Source: Ylistrum balloti
Taxonomy: Eukaryota
Reading direction: 5' to 3'
DNA: 64,000 nucleotides
Assembly: GCF_031769215.1 (NCBI RefSeq)
Contig: NW_026782164.1
Location: forward strand, 372,001 to 436,000
How positions within the stretch are numbered: position 1 is the first letter of the stretch; every line of letters starts with the position of its first letter. The notes beneath the pieces were generated by a model. The model was not told the origin of the DNA and did not search any database. It saw only the letters and a program-made list of their open reading frames with translations. Position numbers and translations under genes: made by a program. Shown piece after piece: positions 13,450 to 26,325 of this stretch.

Positions 13450-15921
13450 AGGGGTTATTGCAAATAGAATAAAATCTGTTCTAGGTAAACTTATTGAAAA
13501 TGACCAAACAGGATTTCTATCTGGGCGCTATATCGGTGAAAACACTAGACTTATCTACGATATAATGAACTTTACTGAGGAAAATAATATACCTGGAATG
13601 CTCCTAATAGTTGACTTTGAAAAAGCCTTTGATTCAGTGGCATGGGAATTTATAGATAAAACGCTTAACTTTTTTGGCTTCGGGGAGGGTATTAGGAAGT
13701 GGGTGAAAACTTTTCATAGAAATGTTAGTTCAGCAGTGAATCAAGGGGGGAACTTGTCAAATTTCTTCACTATCAAGCGTGGTTGCCGACAGGGCGATCC
13801 AATCGCACCCTATATCTTTATATTATGCACTGAAATCTTAGCTATTAGATTAAGAAATAACAAAAACATAAGAGGTATAAATGTATGCAACTTCCCCATT
13901 CTTCTCTCACAGTATGCCGATGATACATCCCTAATACTTGACGGGTCTGAAAAATCTTTGGGTGAATCTATTGTTGAGCTGAATTTATTTGCAAGTGTCT
14001 CTGGATTAAGAATTAATACAAGCAAAACACAGGTAATATGGATAGGCAATAAAAAATTTAGTACAGATATTTTTTTTCCGGAATTAAATCTACAGTGGGG
14101 GAGAGAGAAATTTACTTTATTAGGTATTGATTTTAGTGTAAATCTGCACGAAATGCCTAAAATGAATTTTGACAAAAAACTAATTAAACTAAAATCTTTG
14201 ATGAAGGCTTGGAGTAGAAGAATATTGACACCTATAGGAAAGATACAAATCATAAAGTTACTTTTAATTTCTCAATTTAATCATTTATTTATTGCTCTTC
14301 CTAATCCAAATACTACTTTCATTAATTCACTAAATACAATCCTTTTCAATTTCTTGTGGGGTGGGAAAACTGATAAGGTGAAAAGAAATATCATCACCAA
14401 GAATTTTTCTGAAGGTGGTTTAAAGATGATTAACATTCAAGCCTTTATTAGCGCACTGAAATTAGGTTGGCTCCGGAGATTTTTAAGTCCATCTACGAGC
14501 AAGTGGAAAATTTTATTTTCTAGATTGTTAAATAATGACATAGCTATGAATTGTGGAAGTGATTATTTTAAGATTTGTAAAGAAAAATGTAAAAATAAGT
14601 TTTGGTGTGATGTTTTTAAGGCATGGGAGCAATTATTGATATTGAAGTCTAAAGAGAAAGGTAGACAGCAGTCTCCTCTTAAAACTCCTCTATGGTATAA
14701 TCCACAGCTGACTATTGGTGGGAAATCTGTTTTTTATAAAGATTGGTTCACTAAGGGAATAAGGGTGGTAAATGATATGATTAAAGATAAAAGTACAATT
14801 ACTTTTTATTCTTTTAATGAATTTATTGAGAAATATGGGTTAAAAACAAACTTTCTTAGATTTCAAGGGCTGTTGAACTCTATTCGGAATAATATTGACT
14901 TGCAGAGAATTTTAGACTCTGATTTCTGTTTGCCATTTATCCCTTGTAGCATAGAACCTTTCTTCTCTAAATTAAAGGGCACTAAAGATTTGTATCAATG
15001 TTTTGTGGAAAACAATGAAATTCCCACTGGAAGGAAAAAGTGGGCCAAACAATTCGATTTTGAAGATCATATCTGGGCTAATATCTTTACCTTACCTTTT
15101 AAAATAACAAATAATTCTAACTTCCAGTGGTTTCAGTACAGAATTTTGCATTATATTTTAACAACAAACTCTATTCTCTATAAAGCAGGCATAGTTGACA
15201 GTCCATTCTGTACCTTCTGTAAATCTGAAACAGAAACTATCAATCATATCTTCTGGGAATGTGAAATGGTTCAAAACTTTCTGCAAAGCTTTGAAATTCT
15301 TCTAGAGGCACTACTTATCCCCTTTACTCTCAACAAAGAGTCCATTTTGTTTGGCTTCTTTTCTGCGAGAAAAGTGTATAGTAAAATCGACAATGAGATT
15401 AATATAATCATTAAGCAATATATCTATAAAATTAGATGCTTGAACAGTAAGTTGAACATAAATGCCCTTGTAAATCTAATAAAGGATCATCATAATATTA
15501 AAAAGTATATTGCTACTGGTAAGGGAGACCACTCTCTTGAACTTTTTAAGAATGAATGGAAGAAATGGGAAAAAATTCTTACTCTATAAATAATTCTTCT
15601 GTGTTTTTGATGATAGTTTTTTATTTTTTCTAAAACCTTTCCCCAATACCCTTGACAGTTTCATTATGAACGTTTCTTTAAGAAATATTGAATCTGCATC
15701 TTTCCTTGAGATTTTGAAAATTACCCCAAGATAAATTATCTTGTTCCCCGTTTTTTACTCGTCAGTTTCTACTTTTTATTTCGCTTTCTATATCTTTATC
15801 TTTGTCTTTCCTTTTATTGACTTTTATCCTGTCTGTCTCTCTCTTTCCCTCTCTCTTTATTTACTTATTTATTTATTTGTTTACCCTCTCTTTTTCTTTT
15901 CAAAAAAAAAAAAAAAAAAAA
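13450..15921 (+). mobile_element. 5'-truncated non-LTR retrotransposon, L1/Tx1-type ORF2 (RT plus C-terminal zinc knuckle), with 3' UTR and A20 tail
   Basis: ORF 13565..15589 has RT motifs DFEKAFDSV, GCRQGDPIAP and QYADD, and C-terminal CTFC..ETINHIFWEC. RT-like sequence (VIANRIKSVL..DQTGFLSGRYIGEN) extends upstream of the first Met to about 13450. There is no endonuclease or ORF1. Poly-A at 15902-15921; no TSD identified. Confidence 0.92.
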
Positions 15922-15959
15922 TAGGACACACACAATGAAAATGAAGAATATGCTGATGG

Positions 15960-16074
15960 TGTAAGGCTTGGATGAATGACAATATTAGGTGTGTATGATG
16001 ATGATGGATTATGAATGATGATAGTGATGAGGTGTAAAGTATGTATGTATGATGATGGTGGTGTTGAGTGGAAA

Positions 16075-16105
<31 letters not shown>

Positions 16106-16560
16106 TGATCACATGATGATCGTAATGATGATGATGATGATGGATGANNNNNNNNNNNNNNNNNNNNNNNNNNNNNNNNNNNNNNNNNNNNNNNNNNNNN
16201 NNNNNNNNNNNNNNNNNNNNNNNNNNNNNNNNNNNNNNNNNNNNNNNNNNNNNNNNNNNNNNNNNNNNNNNNNNNNNNNNNNNNNNNNNNNNNNNNNNNN
16301 NNNNNNNNNNNNNNNNNNNNNNNNNNNNNNNNNNNNNNNNNNNNNNNNNNNNNNNNNNNNNNNNNNNNNNNNNNNNNNNNNNNNNNNNNNNNNNNNNNNN
16401 NNNNNNNNNNNNNNNNNNNNNNNNNNNNNNNNNNNNNNNNNNNNNNNNNNNNNNNNNNNNNNNNNNNNNNNNNNNNNNNNNNNNNNNNNNATCGAGAGTG
16501 ATGAGAATGCTGATGATGACGTGTGTTTTTCTCAAATAGGTGATGATGAGTGATAATCAA
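15960..16560. repeat. (GAT)n-rich microsatellite region flanking an assembly gap (N 16148-16490)
   Basis: Runs of GATGATGAT on both sides of the gap; the poly-His, poly-Met and poly-Asp ORFs here arise from it. Confidence 0.9.
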
Positions 16561-18881
16561 ATCCATCTGATATATTGTTATGTTTGTTCTTTGATTGTGT
16601 TGTGCTCTTGAAAAATAAAACAATTACAAAAAAAAATTAATAAGTAACAGAAATAAATATGAAAGTATTAATTCTCATAACAAATTTGAAAATTATCTGG
16701 AAAAACTTGGATCTTCCGAACCTCACCACAACCCGTTAATATCACACCTAATCAGATGTCGAAAAATACAGCAATTCTCTACTTTACTATAAACATCAGA
16801 AAAACGAGGATAATGATGATTAATATTCAGGAAAATGTCATTTTATATGACTTCATTATGACATCACAATTACGCCTACTCCAAATGTAATTTCACAGCT
16901 CCGATGTGACAATTTTTACCACGGATAAAAGAAAAACAAATACAAATTGCACTCCTGACAAGATATATGAAACTGCTTGCCCACAAAGAACAGCGTGATA
17001 ACACGACAACATTTGAGTTTAGCGGAGGACTGTTTTGACGTTTTCCTTGATTAATGATTATTCAGATGACTTTTTTTAAAAACTTAATTGCTACATTCTT
17101 GTTTTGATATAATTCCCATCATGAGACTTGCCAAAAGTACGCTAGCATTGATTATATTACTATTGACATTATTCTATGGCATCAGTTGAGTTGTGGTTTT
17201 AATCCAAAAAGTGAAGAAACGGACAGTGGTTTCCTGTTGTAAGTATACTTCATTGATACACGTTTTTTCTGTTTTTCAGTAAATTCTTGAAATTAATGAA
17301 ACGGGACCAGTTAGGTGTTCCTTGTTCTGGACAGTCACAGAAAAATAAAAGAAGACAACGCGTTCCTGCAACTACGCTTTATCCGTCAGTCAGCATATCG
17401 GTATTTGAATGTTATAAAAAAAATTGCAAAAATTAGGGGTAGGGGGGATAATTTCGAATCATTTCAAATCATTTCGAATCTTGCTGTATACAATTTTTCA
17501 CATATATGCTATTGCAAATAAAATGAGGCATGGTAATATGATATTCTAAGGCAGTAATATTTTCAGTTTAGCATCTGTAAGATTTTGCATACATGTATAC
17601 CTAGAATGATAGACGATAAAAAACCATTCTGAGGACGTCTGAACCATAATTACACCCTCGTTTACATATGAATTAGAAAATGACGATTAAAATGTATAAC
17701 CATATGCAAAGGTCTGCATTATGGCATCGAGTGTAGAATTTAGATTAGACACTAATGGGTGTTTACGTGGTTTTATCTTATTCCTAGAATCATTGTCAAA
17801 TTAGAGACAAAATACGCCCATAACTTTATGTGACAACACGGAGTAAAGTCATTATATCCATTGGAATCACTTGTCGAATATAGCTGAGTATACAAAAAAA
17901 AAAAAAAAGAAAAAAAGAAAAAATTAGGAGATTTGTGTCAAGATAAATGTCACATCTAGTGACCTTTTCTTGGATTTCACTGTCAATGACAGTCCTCATC
18001 ATAAGCGCGATTTTAGTTTCTGCTTTTATGGAATTTATCCAAAAGAACCCAATATTCCTGTATCATAATACGTTCATCAAACGTTACAATTTGGAGACGT
18101 ATAGTTTCGATCTTGAAGTAACTCAGAATGTCACATATCATCAAGGAAAACAGTGAAAACATTTATCTCAAACCTTAGTTATTGAGAACCTTACCCTTAA
18201 TTTACATTGAATGTGCTATTCACTTGTGTGTCTTTATTACAATCTAAGATAGAATTTGATAACTTAATAATTTAACAGAGCGAATTGTATATGCTATCAG
18301 TTATCATGCATGGCGCATTTCAAATTGTTTTCGCAAATGATGGACGCAATCAATGTAATGAAAAGTAATTTAGACATCTGTTACCTTTTTTTTTTTTTTT
18401 TTGGTTTTAATGACGAATCCATACATTAATTACCGTTACACGAGAAACTTAAACCTCTTAGTTCAGGTAAATGCTTCAGCAAATGGATCTGTGGTTACTT
18501 CATACATGTAACGCGATAAATGACAGATACTTGATACATGGTATATATCATTTAACGTGTTGTTAGAACAACATACATATGTAGCCCCGCCCTTGCTGAC
18601 TTATCCATTAAATAATTGAATATGATTGGCTTTCATCAGGTTGAAATCTTTTTAATGTTTCACGCAGAATATTTTCGTCACAGTTCTCCTCAAACTGCCA
18701 CACAGCGTAGTCAACCTGAATATCAGGAATCATTCCACATAAACGTAAGTATCAAATGTATCTATGGTTTTTCTTTAACGTTGAATGTTATGCGATTGAT
18801 AATTTTCATACGATTTATGGTTTGTGATTTGAGATATTTTGGGAATGCACTAGGTAATTCTATTTCACCCCACATATACTA

Positions 18882-20470
18882 TACTGGACAAAATAAGTTA
18901 AGGATCATAAATTGTGACCATAATATCTTTAAAAATTCAAATCATGTATTGCCGGTAATTGCACTCGTAGTTTCTCCAATATGTACCTAAAGTCATGTCA
19001 AAGGTGAAAGCACGTGCATCTGAAGGTCTTGCCGTTCCGCTCTAGTTAACTATGGTGGTGTGAAAAACTGACTGGTCTATTACTACAGAGGAATCTTGCA
19101 GGTTTTGATTCTGTTACTTCTAAGCTAAAAAAAGTTGAATTTGGAAACATTTAATCAATTTGTAACGAAAACTTGAAAAACTAATCATGCGAAGACATTT
19201 AAATGATATGGAAGCCGCGCGAGCTATAGGGCTCCTTCAAGCTGGTCAAACTCAACGAAATGTGGCGGCACAGCTTCATGTTTCTCAGAGCGTGATTAGT
19301 AGGCTATGGAATCGCTATCAACAGACAAATAACGTCCGTCAACGCCCCAGATCTGGACGACCACGCTGTACGACAGCCCGACAGGACAGATTCATTTGCA
19401 TCACGGCACGACGTCAGCGGTTTTTGAGTGCTCCTGTCTTGAATCTTCAGTTTCAGCGTGCTACAAATCTAAGGATTTCATCCCAGAAAATCAGAAACAG
19501 ACTCCATGCCTCTAATTTACGAGCTAGAAGACCAGCAGTCCGACCAATTTTATCCAGAGGTCATCGACAATCCAGACATCAATGGGCCACTCATCATTTG
19601 AATTGGCAATTACGTCATTGGAGAAATGTTATGTTCACAGATGAGTCTAGGTTTTGTGTTGACTTCCATGACGGTAGGAGGAGGGTATGGAGAACCCAAG
19701 GAGAGCGCTATGCAGACTGCTGTGTTGTCCAGCATGATCGCTTTGGTGGTGGGTCAGTGATGGTTTGGGCAGGGATCAGTGTTGACTTCCATACAGACCT
19801 CTACATCATAGACAATGGATCTTTAACAGCTGTTCGATACAGGGACGAGATTCTACACCCTATAGTAAGGCCCATTGCAGGAGTTGTTGGCCATGATTTT
19901 ATACTGATGGATGATAATGCTCGTCCTCACCGTGCTCGTGTGGTCAACGACTATCTTCAACGTGAAGCAATCGTTCGCATGGACTGGACAAGTCGTTCTC
20001 CTGATCTGAACCCTATCGAGCATGCTTGGGACACCTTGCAACGCCGGGTTTCAGCTCGACCTAATCCGCCACAGAACCGCCAACAGCTTATGATTGCTCT
20101 GCAAGAGGAATGGCAGCGCATCCCACAGATCAGCCACCGACGAATAATAAGGAGCATGTGCAGACGTTGCAGGGCAGTTATTGATGTCAACGGAGGTCAT
20201 ACTGCCTATTAAACTGCCAATTGCAGTTTGATGAGTTTTCCTTGTCTACATGATTAACTTGCTCTACTTCCTCTTACACTTTGATTTCAAGGGTGCTGTT
20301 ACTCAGGGTTATCTGCTCTTGGTAGCAATTACCACAAATGAATTTGTTTTGTGTAATTAAAGACTAAAATGAATGTTCTGTCATTAAAATTTAAAATATA
20401 ATCATATTATTATTTGTATGTAAAACTGCACTGTTTCAAGTTTATGATCCTTAACTTATTTTGTTCAGTA
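18882..20470 (+). mobile_element. Full-length Tc1-family DNA transposon (about 1589 bp)
   Basis: 29-bp TIRs TACTG(G/A)ACAAAATAAGTTAAGGATCATAA at 18882-18910 and 20442-20470 with one mismatch, flanked by TA at 18880-81 and 20471-72. Confidence 0.95.
19187..20212 (+). CDS. Tc1-type DD34E transposase, 341 aa, uninterrupted
   Basis: N-terminal HTH with GRPR. Catalytic motifs FTDESRF, MDDNARPH and SPDLNPIEHAW, with 34 residues between the second D and the E. Confidence 0.96.
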   Translation: MRRHLNDMEAARAIGLLQAGQTQRNVAAQLHVSQSVISRLWNRYQQTNNVRQRPRSGRPRCTTARQDRFICITARRQRFLSAPVLNLQFQRATNLRISSQKIRNRLHASNLRARRPAVRPILSRGHRQSRHQWATHHLNWQLRHWRNVMFTDESRFCVDFHDGRRRVWRTQGERYADCCVVQHDRFGGGSVMVWAGISVDFHTDLYIIDNGSLTAVRYRDEILHPIVRPIAGVVGHDFILMDDNARPHRARVVNDYLQREAIVRMDWTSRSPDLNPIEHAWDTLQRRVSARPNPPQNRQQLMIALQEEWQRIPQISHRRIIRSMCRRCRAVIDVNGGHTAY

Positions 20471-20517
20471 TATTTAGATAAAGTTGCAAGATTAAAAAAA
20501 TATTAATTTTCAGGATC

Positions 20518-23500
20518 ATGATGTCAAGTATGCTGCTCGCGCTGTTGGTTGTGACGATGGTGACTGTCCAGGGCCGGCCAGAGAGGGTAAGCTATCAACA
20601 TCAATCATGAATCAACGATAAAGCATAAAACACAATGTATTCAACATATTATACCACCCATACATCTCATGCATATCGTTAGCACTGTGCTTTCTTTGAT
20701 AACTAATTTTGATAAAAGTCTTTACGTATCCAATACTTTGACTTACACTGCTACTTCTACACGATCAATAGATATTAGTTTTGTAATTTTTGCTTTGTAT
20801 CTATTTAAAGTTTATTTTTTTGAGTGCCTTGTATTTTGACAATATACATTTGTTTTTGAAAAAATGTATTTGTTTTGAAAAATTGTATTCATTTGGAAAA
20901 TTTGCTTTACTTAGAGTTTGTACTTATTCTAAAAAAACAATATTTATTTGAAAAAGATGCTTTACTTTGAAATTGTACATATTTGAAAAAAAAAACACGT
21001 ATTTATTTTAATTTTTAAGACTTGTTTTAAACTTGTAACAAAAGGTTTTAAAAGATGAAAATTAATGAAAATTGTATTTATGTGTGAAATATGAAGCTGC
21101 GCGTGTTTGGAACTCGTTAGCGTGCCGTTCCGTTATTTTATGCCTTGTTCTCATTTAAGAACGTGACATTACCAAGGCTTTCTTTTTTTCATAGTTTGCC
21201 CTTGTTCAATTGAATTTGAGCTTGAATTAAGCTTGTGCTGTGTTTTGGTGTAATGTATTATTTAAGACATTCTGTAGTATCGGCATTTGATCATTTCCCG
21301 TTACATTTGACGTTACAATAAGTCTTGAAATTAATTAGTATGTAAAAGATGCTTTCAGCGGCGCAATGTCTTGAAATAACATTCACTATAGGGCATCATG
21401 GTTTGTGATACCTGTATTGAACAAGTGTATGTTTGAGGGCGAAAAGTTAAAAATGCAAGAGAGATTTTTTTTTAAGTTTTCTAACCTGACTTCTTTTCAT
21501 GGAACAGCTTAAGTTGACAGAAATTAGTGTATGTTTCGTGAGACCTGATGTGAGATTTGTAATCAACGTGAACTCTTATAAATAGGGTATTTGTGTCCGG
21601 ATGTGATTTTGTAGCATTTGGCGTGGTAACAAGTGTAGAATGTGACTTGGTTACCTGTGGACTTTTTTTTTTTAAACAATGTAATTTTTTGTGATTTTTT
21701 TTTTTTTTTTTGCAACATGGCGTGAATTTATAATCATTTAAAAATTTGTTTCCGGATGCAATTTCATAACCAGTGTAGAGTTATGTGACCGGCTGTGATT
21801 TTATAACAAATTATTAACCGGAAATTGTTATGATTGTTTATGGCGATATGTATTCCGATCTGTAGATGTATCTGCGAACTGACTTGATATCGAGACTAAT
21901 ATTATGTCTGACATTCTCTGGCATTGTATTCCGGTCTGTAGATGTATCTGCGAACTGACTTTGTATCCAGACTAATATTATGTACGATATTCTCTAACAT
22001 TGTATTGCGGTCTGTAGATGTATCTGCGAACTGACTTTGTATTGGGACTAATATTATATGTGACATCATGTGACATTTTTATCAGTCTTTTTAAAATGAT
22101 TATACGACATGATTCTATATGACTTAATATTACTTTGTACTAATATAGATTGATCACGAGGTACTGTTTGGTCCCGTTTCAGGCTATCGAGTGGCTAGAT
22201 TAATTTGTTGTAACGAGTGTGGCATTTTGCGGGACGTGCTATTTTCGGACGTAACTGTACGATTTTTTTGCTTTTTGCAGATGAGTTTACATAAACAACT
22301 TTGTGTTACGTAAGACATAGTGGAACGTTAAAATTAACCTGATGAAATATGTTTCCTTCGATGAATTTACAACCTTTATAGCATTGTTAATGGCCTGGTA
22401 TAAAAATGTAACCAATTTATCACCATGTAAGGTCTGGTTTAAATTAGCATTTATAGTATCCTGGTGTAAATATGTAACCAGTTTATCATCATGTATGGTC
22501 TGGTGTAAATTAGCATTGTTAGTAACCTGGTGTAAATTAGCATTGTTAATGACCTGGTATAGATATGTAACCTATTTATCATCATGTAAGGTCTGGTTTA
22601 AATTAGCATTTATAGTATCCTGGTGTAAATATTTAACCAATTTATCACCATGTAAGGTCTGGTGTAAATTAGCATTGTTAGTAATCTGGTGTAAATTAGC
22701 ATTGTTAATGACCTGGTGTAAATTAGCATTGTTAATGACCTGGTGTAAATTAGCATTGTTAATGACCTAGTATAGATATGTAACCTATTTATCATCGTGT
22801 AAGGTCTGGTGTAAATTAGCATTGTTAGTAACCTGGTGTAAATTAGCATTGTTAATGACCTGGTGTAAATTAGCATTGTTAATGACATTGTGTAAATTAG
22901 CATTGTTAATGACCTGGTTTAACTATGCAACCAGTTTATCATCATGTATGGTCTGGTGTAAATTAGCATTTATAGTATCCTGGTGTAAATATTTAACCAA
23001 TTTATCACCATGTAAGGTCTGGTGTAAATTAGCATTGTTAGTAATCTGGTGTAAATTAGCATTGTTAATGACCTGGTGTAAATTAGCATTGTTAATGACC
23101 TGGTGTAAATTAGCATTGTTAATGACCTAGTATAGATATGTAACCTATTTATCATCGTGTAAGGTCTGGTGTAAATTAGCATTGTTAGTAACCTGGTGTA
23201 AATTAGCATTGTTAATGACCTGGTGTAAATTAGCATTGTTAATGACCTTGTGTAAATTAGCATTGTTAATGACCTGGTTTAACTATGCAACCAGTTTATC
23301 ATCATATGTTGCCTGGTGTAAATTAGCATTGCTTGTGACCTGGTGTAAATATGTAACCAGTTTACCATGATGTGTGACCTTGTGTAAATTTGCATTGTTT
23401 GTGACCTGTTGTAAATGTGAAAGTAGTCAAACTTTGTGATCAGGTGTAAGTTTGTATATATTCTATCATTGCGTGTAGCGTGGTATAAATGTATAGTTAG

Positions 23501-26325
23501 TCTGTCCTGGTGAAAATGTGAACTAAATGTAACTACACCTTGCAATGCAGGACTGCAAGTGCCCAGATGAGAAAGACCCATGGTGTGGAGATGAAGGAGA
23601 CTACGACACATTATGTGACCTCCTGTGTCAGTAAGTACAATATGAAAAGGTGAAAATCATAATGTAATACTATACAATATACACAATACTTGATTAGTTG
23701 TTATAACATCATTTACTTATCGCCTATGTCTGGCATATGGCATGAAACTCTTTTCTCGTCGGTAAAGTAGGTCACTGAACGGTTTCGGTAGTGATAAACT
23801 TATATCTTCTTAAAAAAAAATTCAAGGTTTGCTAATTTCTTCAAGAATTTGAATTATGCATTAAATCCATTTTACATTCATGTCATTAATATTAAAAATA
23901 TATATATAAAATGATTTAGAATGCCACTTGCTTCAAGACTGACATGAATATGTATTTCTAATTCATTAGATATCAGGTTATCTAATTAGTTCCATATTAC
24001 ATAAATTTCCATGTATGGACATTTAAAAAAGGAATATGCAGGCTCCTGTAGCTTGCATATCTTTGGCATAAGTGTGTGGTCCGTAGTCATATGCAATGCA
24101 CGTTTTATAACTAATGTATGAAGTGAACATAATAGAGTTAATTAACATTAATTTATATGTGAGTGTCAACTCAACAACAATTAAAAAAATCTGAAAAAAA
24201 GTTAATCTTATTCAGACGTGTAAGTTTTTATTAATTTGGCAGCTTATTAAGAAGCAAGCATTTTTTTAATATTGCAAATGTAAACACATGTTAATTCATT
24301 AATATCTTCCACGGTCGGGATTATCAGAAGATGTTACATGCGGTCATGTTTGATGCACATATCGTACATGAAAATGAATTATAACATATGTCTGAAAAAC
24401 AGCATGTAATAAACATGTAAGTGGCTACTTTAAATACCACGAACAGTATGTAGTAAATAACAGACATCTACGATGGGCAGTATAAGGATAAACATGTCAG
24501 TGGCTACTTTAAATACCACGAACAGTATGTAGTAAATAACAGACATCTACGATGGGCAGTATAAGGATATACAGCAATATACTTCAGATAAGCTAATAAC
24601 TGACTAATTTGACATCCATCTTTGCATGCTTTGTATAAGTACATATTGTCTTGTTAGCAATAATAAACACTAGAACAAATAAAGTACGAGTAACTTTCGG
24701 ACAAATAAAATCCCTTAATCTTGTGTTAATTTATTTTTTCCTGCTTCTTTATTGCCACATAAAGTGACCCATTTCTAAATAATGATGAAAAATCAAAGAA
24801 AAGACAAAGGCATCCAGTTTTATAGTTCTTAGAAATGTCAATTTTCATTACGAAATAAAACGGTATGCACTCATGTTATATACAATAATTTTGAATATTC
24901 ACATTACAATGTTCTTTTTTGAGAGGCGATAGCTTAGGGTTGGCTTAGTTGTTTGATTAATGTTGTTACTATAGCGACACAGTGCCTGCTATTTCTTTAC
25001 TTTAAAATACTGTAAAAAGATCGAGAAAAGACTATGTGCAGACTTGAAACCATGCATAATATTCGATAATGCTCTGTATTATCCCTTCTGCAAAGACGAT
25101 ATCTTTTCATATACTGCTGACAATAACAACAATCGATAATCATAAGAAATAGTGATAATTAACTCGATTGATTATGAAACAAAAACACAAATGTAAGGCC
25201 TAGAATAGGTATAAAGAATTGATCCCCCATCACAAAAAATACAATATATTTAGTATGTCTACGTGGATAAATATATAATATATACCGCTATTTGGTATAG
25301 TGAGATTTGATTTTTGATCGAATGAGGTACGTGTGGAAATTATATCAAATTATTAGTGTAAAAAGTGGCGCCATTATAATATAGGTAATATCATTACGCC
25401 CAAATTGATGATTAAGTTTAGAACATTTCTTGGAAATATGCGAAAATGGATTAAGAACTCAATTTTATGTCTTGTTTTGTTTAATAATTTCAGAGGAGAC
25501 GAAATAGTTGGACATGACACATGTGATAACATTGAAGTAAGTTTGAACTACCTTCGAATATTCATAGTTTGTGTAAGAACATGGAATTTAATATTAATAT
25601 ATATAAATATATATAATACGGACGTTGTAGCTGATTGACTGCATGTTTGACGTCGCCCCTTTTTTATTCAGAATTGTACAGATGCTTTGCCTCCCCTGCC
25701 CGATAAAGAAGTCTGTGCTGAACATGATGTCACATTTGAAACCATTGAAGAGATGAAATGCAGGTAGGTAATTCTTGATTTTTCACAATAAATGGCAAAA
25801 AACTACAATACATCAAATACATCGTTATAAAAACAGCGCATACACGTAGTTACATCAATGTAACTTTGTCTACATTAAAAGGAATATTACATTTATAAAA
25901 AAATAGTTAATGAAATGAGTTACAAATTTTGTACTCTAGGAAATGAAAATAAAGAAATTTCACAATAATTTTTTACTTTGATTCCAGTGTTATTTTAAAA
26001 GACACCTATGTCACGAGATTAGTTCTATAAGGGATTAATACCATCTGAAATGGTATCTTAAAAGATTCTTCACTACATCTATGACTTAATTTGCATTTAA
26101 TTGAAATCAGTGTCTACAGCACTAGTTTCAGATATATTTATTATTGACGGTTGGTGTTATGAGCTGGTCACTGATTGTGTCTGAATTCCGCAGCAATCAA
26201 CTGATACTTGTTTAGTTTATTATCGGACCAAACATGAAAAAATATATAAGGAAATGTATAAACATGTGTGTTGTTTTTGTTTATACAGCAAAATGGAATT
26301 TGTACATGACGGTGAATGCGTGTAA
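20518..26325 (+). CDS. Secreted acidic double Kazal-type protease inhibitor-like protein, paralog 2 (106 aa); exons 20518-20586, 23551-23630, 25494-25536, 25672-25763, 26289-26325
   Basis: GT-AG introns with phases 0,2,0,2. Translation: MMSSMLLALLVVTMVTVQGRPER-DCKCPDEKDPWCGDEGDYDTLCDLLCQ-GDEIVGHDTCDNIE-NCTDALPPLPDKEVCAEHDVTFETIEEMKCS-KMEFVHDGECV*. An AATAAA lies about 100 nt after the stop. Confidence 0.9.
21849..22075. repeat. 76-bp tandem repeat, 3 copies (intronic)
   Basis: TGTATT(C/G)CG.TCTGTAGATGTATCTGCGAACTGACTT starts at 21849, 21925 and 22001. Confidence 0.9.
22385..23410. repeat. 27-bp-based minisatellite with a 360-bp higher-order period (intronic)
   Basis: Monomer ACCTGGTGTAAATTAGCATTGTTAATG is interspersed with longer variants. 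The ORF pairs 22610/22970 and 22822/23182 are offset by exactly 360. Confidence 0.92.
24411..24570. repeat. 79-bp direct tandem duplication (intronic)
   Basis: AAACATGT(A/C)AGTGGCTACTTTAAATACC...GGGCAGTATAAGGATA occurs at 24411 and 24490. Confidence 0.9.

Noticed and set aside
13810-14253. 147-aa antisense ORF, and similar antisense ORFs within the Tc1 transposase and TOR1AIP
   Set aside because: Shadow frames of genuine coding sequences on the opposite strand.
15900-16623. Poly-His, poly-Met and poly-Ser ORFs
   Set aside because: Artefacts of the (GAT)n microsatellite and the N gap.
22281-22309. 29-nt candidate exon (MSLHKQLCVT) with good splice sites in Kazal paralog 2 intron 1
   Set aside because: Including it shifts the downstream Kazal exon out of frame, and paralog 1 has no counterpart. 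At most it is a poison or cryptic exon.
22342-23370. Repetitive Trp/Cys-rich ORFs (WCKLALLMT)n and their antisense ORFs
   Set aside because: They are translations of an intronic 27-bp minisatellite and are interrupted by stops every 360 bp.
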